A DNA stretch of 64,000 bases, from positions 65,660,001-65,724,000 of the forward strand of contig NW_024704742.1 in NCBI RefSeq assembly GCF_018977255.1, read 5' to 3'. Every line of letters starts with the position of its first letter. Within the stretch, counting starts at the first letter, position 1. This stretch comes from Callorhinchus milii (lineage: Eukaryota). The notes under the pieces are model-generated. The model ran no database searches, was not told the DNA's origin, and worked only from the letters and a program-made list of their open reading frames with translations. The translations under genes were made by a program, and so were the position numbers. Shown here piece after piece: positions 63,002 to 64,000 of this stretch.

Positions 63002-64000
63002 CTGACTAGTGGGAGGGGGAATGTAAGCTGTCTCTAAGGTGATGTGCTTGGCAACAGAATGACAGAATTGAGTGAATTTTCTAGCAGGCTAGGAAGTCAA
63101 GTTCTTGAGCAGGCTGAGTCCACAGTGCACCAGGGCACTACTAATGATAAACCAACCAATGACTTATCACCAGAACTTGGATAAAAAGGCAGGTCACTGG
63201 GGATAGGGATTCTTCACAACTGGATCCTATTAACCCTGCAAACCCAAGACCATAACGAGTGGAGATTGGTCCCAATTGAGCAAGCAGCAGGAAGCTTGCC
63301 AGACAGAGCTCTCAACGGCAACCTTTGCGGTTTTAGGTGGAGTTTGACCTTAAACTCCAATGCATACTCTGGGTTCCCAAGCTCTGACCCTTGTCAACCT
63401 GCGCCTCATACTCTCCAGAATTGGCAAATACAATTTATATTTATATAGTGCCCTTAATGTCAGGTAAACAGGAAGTTAGGCTTACTCCAGGGAGAGAGTG
63501 CTCATTCCATTCCTGATACATGGAATACACATCAATGGGTAGATCGCATGCATATGTTTTGTTTAATTTGGATACTCCCTAAGCATGGTAACGGCTTTAC
63601 AGACACCTGGCTCCTACCCCCAAAAATAACAATTTTAGATAACAGCTTATCCTGAGTTTTAATTTGGAAGCAGAAAAATAGCTTCCAACTACAGACTGAA
63701 TTTTAGAATTTTCCAAAATTCTGCACAGTCTTAAGATGTCAAGACAATCACTTTAAGGTAATGATGATGATCCTGGGATTTCAGGCATCAAAAGCCTTCA
63801 TTCAACCCTTTGAAAGAACAAGGCATGTGTGCAATTGGCTGCCATTTTTCGCCCACAAAATACAGTCAATCCACTTTCCAATATATTCTGTGAGCTGTCT
63901 TAACCACGTACTAAAGCGCTATATCATATGCAAGAATTATTTTATCTCTGAGGATACTTTGTAAAAATAAATAAATAATTTCAGAGATAGATGCACATAA

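Overview
Repeat-rich vertebrate genomic DNA. It is probably from a cartilaginous fish, possibly a chimaera; this is inferred only from its mix of DeuSINE-like, L2, CR1 and Penelope-like repeats. The window holds the NAT8L - NICOL1 (C4orf48) - NELFA block that is also syntenic at human 4p16.3. NAT8L (minus strand): coding exons 1-2 are present, and exon 3 must lie left of the window. NICOL1 (minus strand): a complete 92-aa secreted protein in three small coding exons, two of which the ORF track misses. NELFA (plus strand): coding exons 1-6, continuing beyond the window. All exon boundaries were read by hand; they are GT-AG with compatible phases. The NICOL1 and NELFA start codons are only about 565 bp apart, head-to-head across a CpG island. 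The rest is tRNA-headed SINEs, L2/CR1 LINE fragments, MITEs and long purine/pyrimidine satellites. The best non-genic observations are (1) a minimal type I hammerhead ribozyme motif in a Penelope-like terminal repeat, (2) a complete ~440-bp non-autonomous Helitron-like element inserted into a (CAA)n tail, (3) two SINE families that share an L2-derived tail but have different heads, and (4) local duplications, one of which flanks NELFA exon 6. I found no evidence for a wholly new gene system. Most long ORFs in the track are low-complexity artefacts.
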